Part shown: piece after piece, positions 1-8,539 of the stretch
How the letters are laid out: each line of letters begins with the position of its first letter
Numbering within the stretch: the first letter of the stretch is position 1
DNA from: an uncultured Candidatus Saccharibacteria bacterium
GTDB lineage: Bacteria > Patescibacteriota > Saccharimonadia > Saccharimonadales > EFPC-124
Assembly (NCBI GenBank): GCA_964447105.1
Contig: CAYURH010000001.1
Location: forward strand, 3,139-67,138
Reading direction: 5' to 3'
DNA length: 64,000 nucleotides
Program-made: the position numbers and the translations under genes
Notes under the pieces: generated by a model
The model's database searches: none
Told to the model about the DNA's origin: nothing
The model's input: the letters and a program-made list of their open reading frames with translations, nothing else

Positions 1-936
1 CACTTGGTCGGCAATGAGCACTTCTGGCACGGGAACTTTGCTGGCAGCGACCAACTGTTCGATGAGGGAATCTTTGAGTTTGTCGCTGGCTTCAGATTCT
101 TTTTGGGTGGTCAGTTCGCGCTTGATGTCGGCACGCAGTTCGGCCACGTCTTTGAACTGGCCACTTTTGGCGGCGAATTCGTCATCGATAGCCGGCAGCG
201 TCACCTCTTTGACCGAGTGCACGGTGACGGCAAACGTCACTTTGGCGCCGGCCAGTGGTTTGTGCTGGTAGTCTGCCGGGAAGGTCAATTTGAGCTCGGT
301 CTTATCGCCGGCTTTGACACCCACCAAACCTTCTTCAAACCCAGGGATAAATGTGTTGGAACCCAGGGCAAGTGGATAACCTGTGCCACTGGCGCCGGCT
401 ACTTTGGCGCCTTTGGTGTCAGTGCCTTCGAAGTCGATCATAATTTCGTCACCATCTTTGGCGGCGCGAGTTACATCGGTCTTGGTAGCCATACCGCGGG
501 CCATGCGGTCGATCACTTCGTCGATTTCAGCAGGTTTGACTTCTACTTTGCTTTTGACGGCTTTCAACTTTTTGTAATCGCCCAATTTGATAGCGGGGAT
601 CACTTCAAGTTTGGCGGTAAATTCTAGTTCTTGGCCGGGCACATATTTTGCAATATCCACCTGGGGTTGATCGAGAGGCGTGATTTTTTGTTCGTCCAGC
701 ACATCGAGTAGCGATGCGTTGACGGCATCTTGCAACACCTCGGCATTGAGCAGGTTGGCATCGAGATTTTTTTGTGCAATGTGTGCCGGTACTTTACCGG
801 GGCGAAAGCCCGCGACTTTCAGGTTTTTGGCCAAACGAGCCACTGTTTTCTGGGTAATCTCCGTTAGGTCGTCGCCATTGAGCGTAATGGTAATCTGGCG
901 CACGGTTTCGGAGGCGTCTTTAATAGCGTGTTTCAT
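1..936 (-). CDS. tig: trigger factor, partial (C-terminus runs off the window start)
   Basis: Minus-strand translation from the ATG at 934-936 reads MKHAIKDASETVRQITITLNGDDL...LAKNLKVAGFRPGKVPAHIAQKNL. This matches the trigger factor N-terminal ribosome-binding domain (GFRxGKVP). The plus ORF 4..627 is its shadow. Confidence 0.8.
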   Translation of the reverse strand, partial: MKHAIKDASETVRQITITLNGDDLTEITQKTVARLAKNLKVAGFRPGKVPAHIAQKNLDANLLNAEVLQDAVNASLLDVLDEQKITPLDQPQVDIAKYVPGQELEFTAKLEVIPAIKLGDYKKLKAVKSKVEVKPAEIDEVIDRMARGMATKTDVTRAAKDGDEIMIDFEGTDTKGAKVAGASGTGYPLALGSNTFIPGFEEGLVGVKAGDKTELKLTFPADYQHKPLAGAKVTFAVTVHSVKEVTLPAIDDEFAAKSGQFKDVAELRADIKRELTTQKESEASDKLKDSLIEQLVAASKVPVPEVLIADQV

Positions 937-984
937 ATGCGGTCTAGTATAGCGTGGATAAGATCAGATTGCGAGCACGAGCGC

Positions 985-1019
985 TTTTACAAAGTTAGAC
1001 CCGGGCGCAAGCGCCCGGG
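985..1019 (-). terminator. rho-independent terminator candidate
   Basis: Perfect inverted repeat CCCGGGCGC-aa-GCGCCCGGG (1000-1019), followed on the minus strand by a T-rich tract. Confidence 0.45.
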
Positions 1020-1035
1020 CGGGTTGTAGGGATAG

Positions 1036-1260
1036 TTACTTGGCGACTCCGAAGATGTCACGAACGGTGCGACGGTATTTGTGGTACCCGTACCGCACCT
1101 TGTGGTACACCTCGTTGGCACCGACGACCGACAGCGCGGCGACGAAGAACGTCGCAACGAGCGCTCCGTCGCTGCAGATGCCGAGAGCGTAGCCGATTCT
1201 CTTCAAGGTTCTCACCTCCACTACAAGGCAAACTGTGTTGTTCACCTTGTTTACAATCAT
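1036..1260 (-). CDS. small hypothetical membrane protein (74 aa)
   Basis: ORF between hisS and tig with one hydrophobic helix (ALVATFFVAALSVVGA). No family recognised. Confidence 0.3.
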   Translation of the reverse strand: MIVNKVNNTVCLVVEVRTLKRIGYALGICSDGALVATFFVAALSVVGANEVYHKVRYGYHKYRRTVRDIFGVAK

Positions 1261-1281
1261 AGCACAAAAGTGCCCTTTTGT

Positions 1282-2604
1282 CTAGTCGACGATGCTATCC
1301 TGCTTATGTCTATAATCTTTGATGGCGCTTACCACGCGCTCAAACGGCAACTTGGACTCTTCTGCCTTGGCCACGTCTTTCAGTGTGTAGATTTCTTCGT
1401 CGAGTTCTTTCTGGCCAACGAACAACATGAACGGCACGCCTTTTTTGACGGCGGTTTTGATCTGCTTGTCGAGTTTGCGTCCGGTGATGTCGAGTTCGGT
1501 ATTTACGCCTTCGGCGCGCAGCCGAGCTACGAGTTTTTGGGCACCGCGCAAAGCGTCACCAAGGACGGCCACGTAAAGTTCGGTGCTTGGGCGCAAGTCG
1601 GGGATGAGTTTGTGTGTCTCTAGAAAATCTTGCATGGTGGTTGCACCAGGAGCAAAACCCACTGCCGAAAGCGGTTCTACGCCAAACAAGCCTACTAAGC
1701 CGTCGTAACGGCCGCCTCCAAATAGCGAACGACTGTTTTCGGGGTTGGTGTCGAACACTTCAAACACGATGTCGGTATAATAATCGAGCCCTCGCATCAG
1801 GGTAATATCGAACACAGCGCTCGTAACGCCATGTTCGCGTAGGAGCGTAAATAACGTCTGAATCTCTTTGATTGCGCTAGAATTGAGCAGTTCAGGTGGC
1901 AAATCCCCCATGCTCTTGGCGGCCAGCAAAACAGCGATTTTTTTCAGCCCATCGCGCAGTTTGTCTTCGTCGAAGATGCTGCTGGCTTGTTCTTTGAATT
2001 CCTGATGGCTGATTTTCTCGCGACGGTCGAGCAGTTTCATCATGAGCTGCGCCTGTATGACATCGAGACCCAGGTAGTCGGCCATCATGAAATTCACCAG
2101 TTTGCGTGAGTTGATGCGAATAACATATTGCTTATTGGTGGCGCCAAATTCACGCATGATAGCATCGGCCATACCAATGATTTCGACTTCGGCGTCGATG
2201 GTGTCTACGCCAAAAATATCAGCATTAAGTTGCCAAAATTCACGCTGCCTGCCGCGCTGCGGCCGCTGATAGCGCATAAAATTGGCTATAGAATACCAGC
2301 GCACAGGGTATGCCAGCTCTTGGCGACGGGCCGCCACCATACGACTAACACTCGGTGTCATCTCGGGGCGGATCATCACTTGGCGGCCGCCACGATCGGT
2401 GAATAGGTAACTTTCTTCGTTGACCAATTCCTGGCCGCTTTTGGCGGCATACACTTCATACGGTTCGATAAGTGGCGCGTCGTATGCTTCGTAACCAAAA
2501 CGGCGCGACACGCGGCGCCAAGCGTCGAATATGTAGTCTTGCACGCGCTTGTCTTCGGGATACAAGTCACGCGAACCTTTGTAGGGTTGAGTTGAAAGTG
2601 TCAT
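1282..2604 (-). CDS. hisS: histidine--tRNA ligase
   Basis: 440-aa ORF with class II aaRS motifs (MIRPEMTPS, FDITLMRGLDYYTDIVFEVF, GGGRYDGL) and a C-terminal anticodon-binding domain. Confidence 0.95.
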   Translation of the reverse strand: MTLSTQPYKGSRDLYPEDKRVQDYIFDAWRRVSRRFGYEAYDAPLIEPYEVYAAKSGQELVNEESYLFTDRGGRQVMIRPEMTPSVSRMVAARRQELAYPVRWYSIANFMRYQRPQRGRQREFWQLNADIFGVDTIDAEVEIIGMADAIMREFGATNKQYVIRINSRKLVNFMMADYLGLDVIQAQLMMKLLDRREKISHQEFKEQASSIFDEDKLRDGLKKIAVLLAAKSMGDLPPELLNSSAIKEIQTLFTLLREHGVTSAVFDITLMRGLDYYTDIVFEVFDTNPENSRSLFGGGRYDGLVGLFGVEPLSAVGFAPGATTMQDFLETHKLIPDLRPSTELYVAVLGDALRGAQKLVARLRAEGVNTELDITGRKLDKQIKTAVKKGVPFMLFVGQKELDEEIYTLKDVAKAEESKLPFERVVSAIKDYRHKQDSIVD

Positions 2605-2833
2605 AGTTTATCCTTGTTGATTATTGTAACAGAAGTAACTTAAAACGCCGGCTAGCCCGGCGTATTTTGATACAAACAAAACCAACCGAGCTAAACCGGC
2701 AGGATATGGCTGAACATGGAAACAGTGGTAGTCATCGTCAATACCATACTATATGTGCCCAGATTAAACAATATTTGCCGCGCCTCTCTCCGCCAGTAGA
2801 AAGAGGCGCGGGTATAGTTAGAACGTTACGCGC

Positions 2834-3106
2834 TTACGCGCCTGCAACTTCTTGCTCTATGTCGAGGTAACTCGACCAACCTGAAATTGCTTCAGTCGCT
2901 CTCTCCAGGTCCTTGAGTAAATAACCCATCGATTTGGCGAACGCGCTATCGTCGCCGCTAGCGATTTGAGCCAACGCTTTCAGCCCAACCGAGCTAACGT
3001 CAACGATCCGCGTACGACGCGTGTTGGAATCCTCAGGCGGAGCGTTTGGATTGGCGTCCATGAACAACCACCCAACCTTTCGTATGTCCCTTCCTTTAGC
3101 TATCAT
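2834..3106 (-). CDS. hypothetical protein (90 aa), doubtful
   Basis: ORF inside the long hisS/sigma intergenic region. No recognisable family. It may be non-coding leader sequence. Confidence 0.2.
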   Translation of the reverse strand: MIAKGRDIRKVGWLFMDANPNAPPEDSNTRRTRIVDVSSVGLKALAQIASGDDSAFAKSMGYLLKDLERATEAISGWSSYLDIEQEVAGA

Positions 3107-3182
3107 AACAAACTTAACCTGTAGCGAGATTTGCAGGCTACCAAAGATCCGATCATAATTGCTGTAACTTTTATGCCACCCA

Positions 3183-3722
3183 ATGAGTAAGTATACCGTG
3201 CAAGACCTCGATGAACCTGCGCTGATTGCGCACAGCCTAAGCGGCAGCTCCGAAGCCTATGGTGTATTGGTGGACCGCTATAAAAACGCTATTTATCATC
3301 ATAGTTTTGCAATCGTTCGCAACGAAGATGTGGCCGAGGATGTGGCTCAAGACACCTTTATCACGGCGTACTACAAACTACATTTGTACAACCCGCGATA
3401 CAAACTGAGTACGTGGCTGTTCAAAATCGCCACCAACAAAGCACTCACTTGGCTCAAACGTGCTGGTCGCGAAATAGCTACCGACGACGAGCTGATCGCC
3501 ACAATCGCATCACACCATCCTGGCCCGGATACACTGGCTGAATTTAGCGAGCTCCATGCCGCCGTGGACAATCTGCGCCCCAACCACAGAGCTGTCATAA
3601 GCCTGTACTACTGGCAGGGTTTGAGTTATCAAGAAATCGCCACCGCGCTAACTGTGCCTATTGGGTCAGTACGTGCTTGGATGAATCGTGCAAAACATCA
3701 ACTACGAAAGGAGCTGTCGTGA
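3183..3722 (+). CDS. ECF-type RNA polymerase sigma factor (sigma-70 family)
   Basis: 179 aa with a sigma-70 region 2 (DVAQDTFITAYYKL) and region 4 (SLYYWQGLSYQEIATALTVPIGSVRAWMNRA). Confidence 0.9.
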   Translation: MSKYTVQDLDEPALIAHSLSGSSEAYGVLVDRYKNAIYHHSFAIVRNEDVAEDVAQDTFITAYYKLHLYNPRYKLSTWLFKIATNKALTWLKRAGREIATDDELIATIASHHPGPDTLAEFSELHAAVDNLRPNHRAVISLYYWQGLSYQEIATALTVPIGSVRAWMNRAKHQLRKELS

Positions 3723-4654
3723 AGACAATTGACGAGCTACTCGCCACCAGCGCCAGCGCTAAGCCACGGCGCGCACTGCGAGCGGATTTTACCAACCAAA
3801 TTACACACCACATAGCTTCGCATCCGCGCAAAACGGGTGTACTAGTCATATGGGAAAGGTCTATCATGAAATTTTTCACCAAACCTGCACTAGCCATTGC
3901 GACAGTAGGCGCCACGCTTGCTATTGGTGGCACGGCTTACGCCGCCATCGATGGCTGGAACATCAGCGCGCTTTTTGGTGGTCAACAAAACCTACCAGGC
4001 GGCGATCGCATCGTACGGGTAGATACCGATAACTGTACATATATCAGCGCACTGAACTTCCTCACCCACAACACCGAACCCAACACGCTGTATTACAAAG
4101 TGAAAGCGAACTCCAAACTCACCAACGAGCAAGTGGTGCAGATGGCGCGCGGTAACTGCTTTACACAACAGCAAGCTGAATTTGATCAAGCCGTTTTCAA
4201 TAGTGTGCTCAATACACCACAAAACAAGGGCAAAATAGTCGGCGGCTATATCGATAGCGTCATTACGGCAATTAGCCCAACATCAATAAGCATTGAGTCC
4301 GATATACCCATGGGGCCTGAAATAAAGAAGGTCAAACAAACATTCAACCACATCGACCCAAACGTACTCGTATACTCTAGCCCACACAAAATCGCCTACA
4401 GTAGTCTCAAAATTGGTGATCACGTGAGTGTCAGCTACCGCGCGAGCGGCGACGCGTTGTTGCATTCGGAAACAATTGCACCTGATCAAATTAATGCCGG
4501 CGAGCAGGTACTGGTGACGATCAACAAGAACACGCCCGATATGGCTGCGGCCGTGAGTTACCAAAAATATAACCAAACAGAATTTGAACAAGTTGTGCCG
4601 TGCACCGTCCAGTCCAGCGGCTACTGTACGCTCGACGAACTCCCCAAACAGTAA
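3719..4654 (+). CDS. putative anti-sigma factor, single-pass membrane protein
   Basis: GTG start overlaps the sigma factor stop (GTGA) and is preceded by an AAAGGAG RBS. It has a short cytoplasmic N-terminus, a TM helix (FFTKPALAIATVGATLAIGGTAYAA) and an extracytoplasmic domain of about 250 aa. Confidence 0.55.
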   Translation: MKTIDELLATSASAKPRRALRADFTNQITHHIASHPRKTGVLVIWERSIMKFFTKPALAIATVGATLAIGGTAYAAIDGWNISALFGGQQNLPGGDRIVRVDTDNCTYISALNFLTHNTEPNTLYYKVKANSKLTNEQVVQMARGNCFTQQQAEFDQAVFNSVLNTPQNKGKIVGGYIDSVITAISPTSISIESDIPMGPEIKKVKQTFNHIDPNVLVYSSPHKIAYSSLKIGDHVSVSYRASGDALLHSETIAPDQINAGEQVLVTINKNTPDMAAAVSYQKYNQTEFEQVVPCTVQSSGYCTLDELPKQ

Positions 4655-4666
4655 ACGCTTTCCAAT

Positions 4667-4700
4667 AAAATACGGGCTCGCCATGGAGCCCGTATTTTAA
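4667..4700. terminator. bidirectional rho-independent terminator
   Basis: AAAATACGGGCTC-gccatg-GAGCCCGTATTTT, a perfect stem between two convergent genes. Confidence 0.6.
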
Positions 4701-4717
4701 TTTATATTTTGGCCGAA

Positions 4718-5149
4718 TTATTTCAGCCAACCAATGACCAACCCCATTGCCAGCATACCTACCAACTGAGCACCGGTATTTATGCCAAACAATTTGATTT
4801 TTTTAAGCATGTGACCGTAGTTACCAAAAACAATATGGCCCGCTTGCACCGGCACCACAAAGCCAGCATACATCCCCAGGGCAACTACCCATCCACTGGC
4901 CGCTGCGCTTGTGCCGTAAAAATGCTGAGCCATAGCGACAACATAATACAGCGCTAAAGCCGTTACCAAAGTTAATACGAATCCAGAGCCAAACATTATG
5001 CCTTGATGTTTTTTGGCCTGTTCTTGTTCTGCGGCTGTCAGCTCGCGAAGTTTAATTAAGATTTTGCCAAACAAGGCATACCACACACCACCGGCTACTA
5101 AGCTAGCGACAGTTGCGGCCAGCACTACTCCATAATTTATATCAATCAT
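4718..5149 (-). CDS. DUF1761-like small membrane protein
   Basis: 143 aa with multiple TM helices, similar in size and pattern to the DUF1761 family. Confidence 0.5.
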   Translation of the reverse strand: MIDINYGVVLAATVASLVAGGVWYALFGKILIKLRELTAAEQEQAKKHQGIMFGSGFVLTLVTALALYYVVAMAQHFYGTSAAASGWVVALGMYAGFVVPVQAGHIVFGNYGHMLKKIKLFGINTGAQLVGMLAMGLVIGWLK

Positions 5150-5574
5150 TTACTATCCTTATTCATATTAGAGTTATTCATTGGGCCTGCAGCGCCAAGT
5201 TGCTGCATAAGGCCCAGCCTATCTGTTTGCACCCACGACTGCACTACCTTGCCATCGCGCAGCTCATAGATGGCTATACCAGAATCATGAACTGTCTTGC
5301 CCGTAGGCGGCATGTCGCCGAGCGGCCCAGAATGTGTGCCCGTCCATGTCCAGCGTAGAGCTACTTTGTCGCCTTCAGCTATAGCGTCTTCGATTTTCCA
5401 CTGAATATTTGGAAAGGCAGTGCGAACACGCTGAATTGTTTGTATAAACCCATCAGGGCCGCGAGTATCATAAATACCCTGATACTCAGGGGCAATGATA
5501 TCGCGTAGTCCGCCTACATTACCTTTGTTTAGATAGTCTTCATAGATACTACGAACTATTTGCCTGTTATCCAT
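5146..5574 (-). CDS. SnoaL-like ester cyclase / polyketide-cyclase-fold protein
   Basis: 142 aa. The N-terminus (IVRSIYEDYLNKGNVGGLRDIIAPEYQ) and overall pattern are typical of the predicted ester cyclase family. Confidence 0.7.
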   Translation of the reverse strand: MDNRQIVRSIYEDYLNKGNVGGLRDIIAPEYQGIYDTRGPDGFIQTIQRVRTAFPNIQWKIEDAIAEGDKVALRWTWTGTHSGPLGDMPPTGKTVHDSGIAIYELRDGKVVQSWVQTDRLGLMQQLGAAGPMNNSNMNKDSK

Positions 5575-5582
5575 GATGTCTC

Positions 5583-6047
5583 CTATTTATTATTTTGCTG
5601 CAATAATTTTTCCAGACTATCGGCAAGCGACTGGGCTGACCCATCTGCAATAAGCTCTCGGAAAAATGCTTGGTGCGCCACAGCAATGGCTTCGAGCGCA
5701 GCTTTAGCCACTGCATCACCGCGTGATGTCAGTGCCAGTTGGTTGGCGCGTTTGTCGGTGGCGTTTGTGTCGCGCACGATGTAGCCTTGGCGCTCAAGCA
5801 CACGCAGGCTTTGCGATGCCGTCATAGCATCTACGCCCGATAGCTTGGCAATGTCCACCTGGGTGATCGACCGCTCTTCCAGCGACAAGTGCAAGATGTT
5901 GCAGAGGATAATTGCGTTTGTACTGGATAGGCCAAACGACTTAACCGCGGCGTTGAGCGCCTGCTGCCACAATTTAGATGCTTGCCACAAAAGCACGCCG
6001 GGAAGGCGCTGCGCCTTGTCTATTGTGAACGTATCATGCGATTGCAT
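5583..6047 (-). CDS. MarR family transcriptional regulator
   Basis: The internal ATG at 6045-6047 gives a 154-aa protein with a winged HTH (ITQVDIAKLSGVDAMTASQSLRVLERQGYIVRDTNATDKR). The track ORF 5583..6281 is over-extended into the P450 3' end. Confidence 0.8.
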   Translation of the reverse strand: MQSHDTFTIDKAQRLPGVLLWQASKLWQQALNAAVKSFGLSSTNAIILCNILHLSLEERSITQVDIAKLSGVDAMTASQSLRVLERQGYIVRDTNATDKRANQLALTSRGDAVAKAALEAIAVAHQAFFRELIADGSAQSLADSLEKLLQQNNK

Positions 6048-6054
6048 AGTAGTA

Positions 6055-6083
6055 AGTATACTTATAATATTTATCCTTGTCAA
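6055..6083 (-). promoter_or_regulatory. sigma-70 promoter of the MarR gene, near-leaderless
   Basis: On the minus strand: TTGACA-17 nt-TATACT, then 7 nt to the ATG. Confidence 0.45.
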
Positions 6084-6133
6084 GAATTTTGTTTCCAGTG
6101 CCCACCCAGAGATGGGCACTGGAGGTGCAGAGC

Positions 6134-7297
6134 CTATCGAGGGCTCAGCACCAACCGATCCATGCGCTGCAGTAGCCTGCCGGCCGGTTTGACTTCGACG
6201 ATCTGCCAGTGTGGCACGTGCGTAAATAATGCGGCAAGTGTTTTGCGCGACACTGTGGCGCTGAGACCAGAGCCGGGACATTCATAGTCCCCAATGCCGA
6301 AGCCGATGTGCCTGTTGAGTTTTGTGCGGAGCGGGTTATAGACATCCGGGTGTTCGAACAGCGCATCGCGATTGGCGCTCGAAAAGCACACATCCACCAT
6401 TTGCCCCGGCCATAGCGAAGTCTTGTCCAGCAACGCCGGGCGCCGCACTCGCAGCACTCGACACTTGGCCGGGGTCGCAAAACGAATGGTTTCCTGATAG
6501 GCACGCGTTAGCACCCTCCCACCGCCATTGACCGCGTCGTCGTAAACCTCTTCTAGCACAGTCGATGGCTGGTCGTCCATAGTGTGCAGCAGTGTCCATG
6601 CCGCACAAATGGTGTACGAGGTGGTGATAGTAGCGCTGATCATGATGAAATACCACAGCGCGGCCCTGTCGTGGTCGGTGAACAGTTCGGACCGCAATAT
6701 GTGGTCGATGGGCCCATCCAACCCCATAGCCAACCGAGTCCTCGCGTAGTTGTCGTAGAACCGCCACGCATCTTGCTGCCGCGGCAACCCAAACGGCGAC
6801 GAAGCTGCAGACAGTTGATCCATCCAGCCAAAGAACTGGCGGCGCAGGGTGTCGGATTTGAGCCCATCGACGCCCATCAGGTCACAGATCACTTCGTACG
6901 TAATACGATCTGTTACTCGCGCCAAATCGAATGGCACGCCAGCCCTTGCAGCTCTTTCAATGTAATCGTTGGCCATAGACATATCCAGACTGCCTATAGC
7001 TGTCGGCGATATGATGCCTACCAGCGCGTCACGTAAATTGTCGTGCCATTCGCCTTCGGGCTGCACCACCGACCCGCTGAGAACTGGGCTAAACATACGC
7101 AATAGCCACTTAGGCAACGGCAAGATGCTGTGGGTGAAATGCGGACTGGTGAGCGCCGCAATCACCGCGTTGCGGTCGTACAAGCGCAGCGCCGGTAGAC
7201 CATTTACCACCCAGTGCCTTTGCCGGTTGGGGTCGAGCAGCCCGGCGTAGGACACCATGAGCTTCTCGCGGGTCTCGTTCAACAGTTCACCCCTCAT
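6134..7297 (-). CDS. cytochrome P450
   Basis: Heme-binding loop HIGFGIGDYECPGSGLS (FxxGxxxCxG), an ETIR motif (ETIRFATP), and about 390 aa. Confidence 0.9.
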   Translation of the reverse strand: MRGELLNETREKLMVSYAGLLDPNRQRHWVVNGLPALRLYDRNAVIAALTSPHFTHSILPLPKWLLRMFSPVLSGSVVQPEGEWHDNLRDALVGIISPTAIGSLDMSMANDYIERAARAGVPFDLARVTDRITYEVICDLMGVDGLKSDTLRRQFFGWMDQLSAASSPFGLPRQQDAWRFYDNYARTRLAMGLDGPIDHILRSELFTDHDRAALWYFIMISATITTSYTICAAWTLLHTMDDQPSTVLEEVYDDAVNGGGRVLTRAYQETIRFATPAKCRVLRVRRPALLDKTSLWPGQMVDVCFSSANRDALFEHPDVYNPLRTKLNRHIGFGIGDYECPGSGLSATVSRKTLAALFTHVPHWQIVEVKPAGRLLQRMDRLVLSPR

Positions 7298-7439
7298 ACA
7301 AGTTTCACGCCTAGCGACTACCAAGCGATAGCATTATGGTATAGACTTTTATGCAGTTTATAAAGCGACCGCAAAAACCAATATTTTGCCCACACAGCAC
7401 AAAAACTGCTATGCTATGTCATAGTTAATAAGCATAAAC

Positions 7440-8537
7440 ATGAACGAGCAAGATCAACCACTTCAGGGCGAAGGCATAGCACCAGACGCTCAGCCATCCA
7501 AAACCACAGGCATACATCTGCCCCCAAAAAAGATATTATGGGTCGGTATAGCGGTAGCTGCGATCATAGTCATGGGCGTCGTGGTGTGGATGACGCTTAT
7601 AAATAAGCCGCCCGCTTCTCAGCAAAGCTACAATGGGCCGGTCGATGACATTGCTATTGGCAATGTGGGTGAATATTCTATATTCAACCTGATTGCACTC
7701 AACAAAGGATACTTCAAACAAAACGGCCTCAATGCCAAAATCACCGAATACGCGTCTGGCCCACCAGCCGTCGCCGATCTAGTGGCCAAAAAGAATGATT
7801 TTGCTGTAGCAGCTGATTTCTCGGGTGTAAATAGTATCTTTAGTAACACTGATGTCCGAATTCTGACACAGTTAAGCCAACAATTCTCTTTCTCTATCGT
7901 AGCCAGAAAAGACAAAGGTATCGCTAAGCCGCTGGATCTAAAAGGCAAACGAATTGGTGTTACCAAAAACGGGGCTGGAGAATTTTTCTTGGCACGATAC
8001 CTCAATCTGCAGGGCCTCTCCACCTCCAGCGTTAAAGAGATCGACCTCACCCCGCCCGATATGAACACCCAGATCCGCAACGGCCAACTCGACGCAGTGG
8101 TCATATTTGAGCCACACGTCTACAATCTCAGCAAAGATTTAGCCGACGACGTTGTTGTGTGGTCAGCCCAGGGCGGCGACCCCACCCTCGCACTCGCCTA
8201 CACCACGCAAGACATCATCAAAACCAAACCAGATGTCGTAAGACGATATATCAAATCTCTTGTGCAAGCCCAAGAATACCTAAAACAAAACCAGCAAGAT
8301 TCCAAAAAACTACTGGCCGATATTATGCACTACGACACGGCTTACGTGAACTACATTTGGAACAAGATCGACTTCCAGTTGGCACTCAACCAAAACCTTC
8401 TCTCGGCCATGGAAGACGAAGCGCGATTTGTCGTACAAACCACAGGTAGCAACAAACCTATACCCAACTATCTCGACTACATATACTTTGACGCCCTGAC
8501 TCAAGAAGGTTCGGACCTCGTCCATATAATCCACTAG
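7440..8537 (+). CDS. membrane-anchored ABC-type substrate-binding protein (NMT1/SsuA/TauA-like)
   Basis: N-terminal TM anchor plus a periplasmic-binding-protein-like domain. It ends directly upstream of the histidine kinase. Confidence 0.6.
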   Translation: MNEQDQPLQGEGIAPDAQPSKTTGIHLPPKKILWVGIAVAAIIVMGVVVWMTLINKPPASQQSYNGPVDDIAIGNVGEYSIFNLIALNKGYFKQNGLNAKITEYASGPPAVADLVAKKNDFAVAADFSGVNSIFSNTDVRILTQLSQQFSFSIVARKDKGIAKPLDLKGKRIGVTKNGAGEFFLARYLNLQGLSTSSVKEIDLTPPDMNTQIRNGQLDAVVIFEPHVYNLSKDLADDVVVWSAQGGDPTLALAYTTQDIIKTKPDVVRRYIKSLVQAQEYLKQNQQDSKKLLADIMHYDTAYVNYIWNKIDFQLALNQNLLSAMEDEARFVVQTTGSNKPIPNYLDYIYFDALTQEGSDLVHIIH

Positions 8538-8539
8538 GT

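Noticed and set aside
4-627. Plus-strand ORFs 4..627, 14..271, 383..577 and 680..952
   Set aside because: They are shadows on the opposite strand of the minus-strand trigger factor gene. They have low-complexity repeated FG/GG composition and no start context.
2605-2700. T-box riboswitch upstream of hisS, and likewise upstream of tyrS at 21691-21873
   Set aside because: The conserved T-box sequence AGGGTGGnACCGCG was not found on the coding strand of either leader. Only a generic terminator-like hairpin is present.
5583-6281. Full-length 232-aa ORF as the MarR gene
   Set aside because: The N-terminal 78 codons overlap the 3' end of the P450 gene in another frame and have no MarR similarity. 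The conserved MarR domain begins at the internal ATG at 6045-6047, which has its own consensus promoter.
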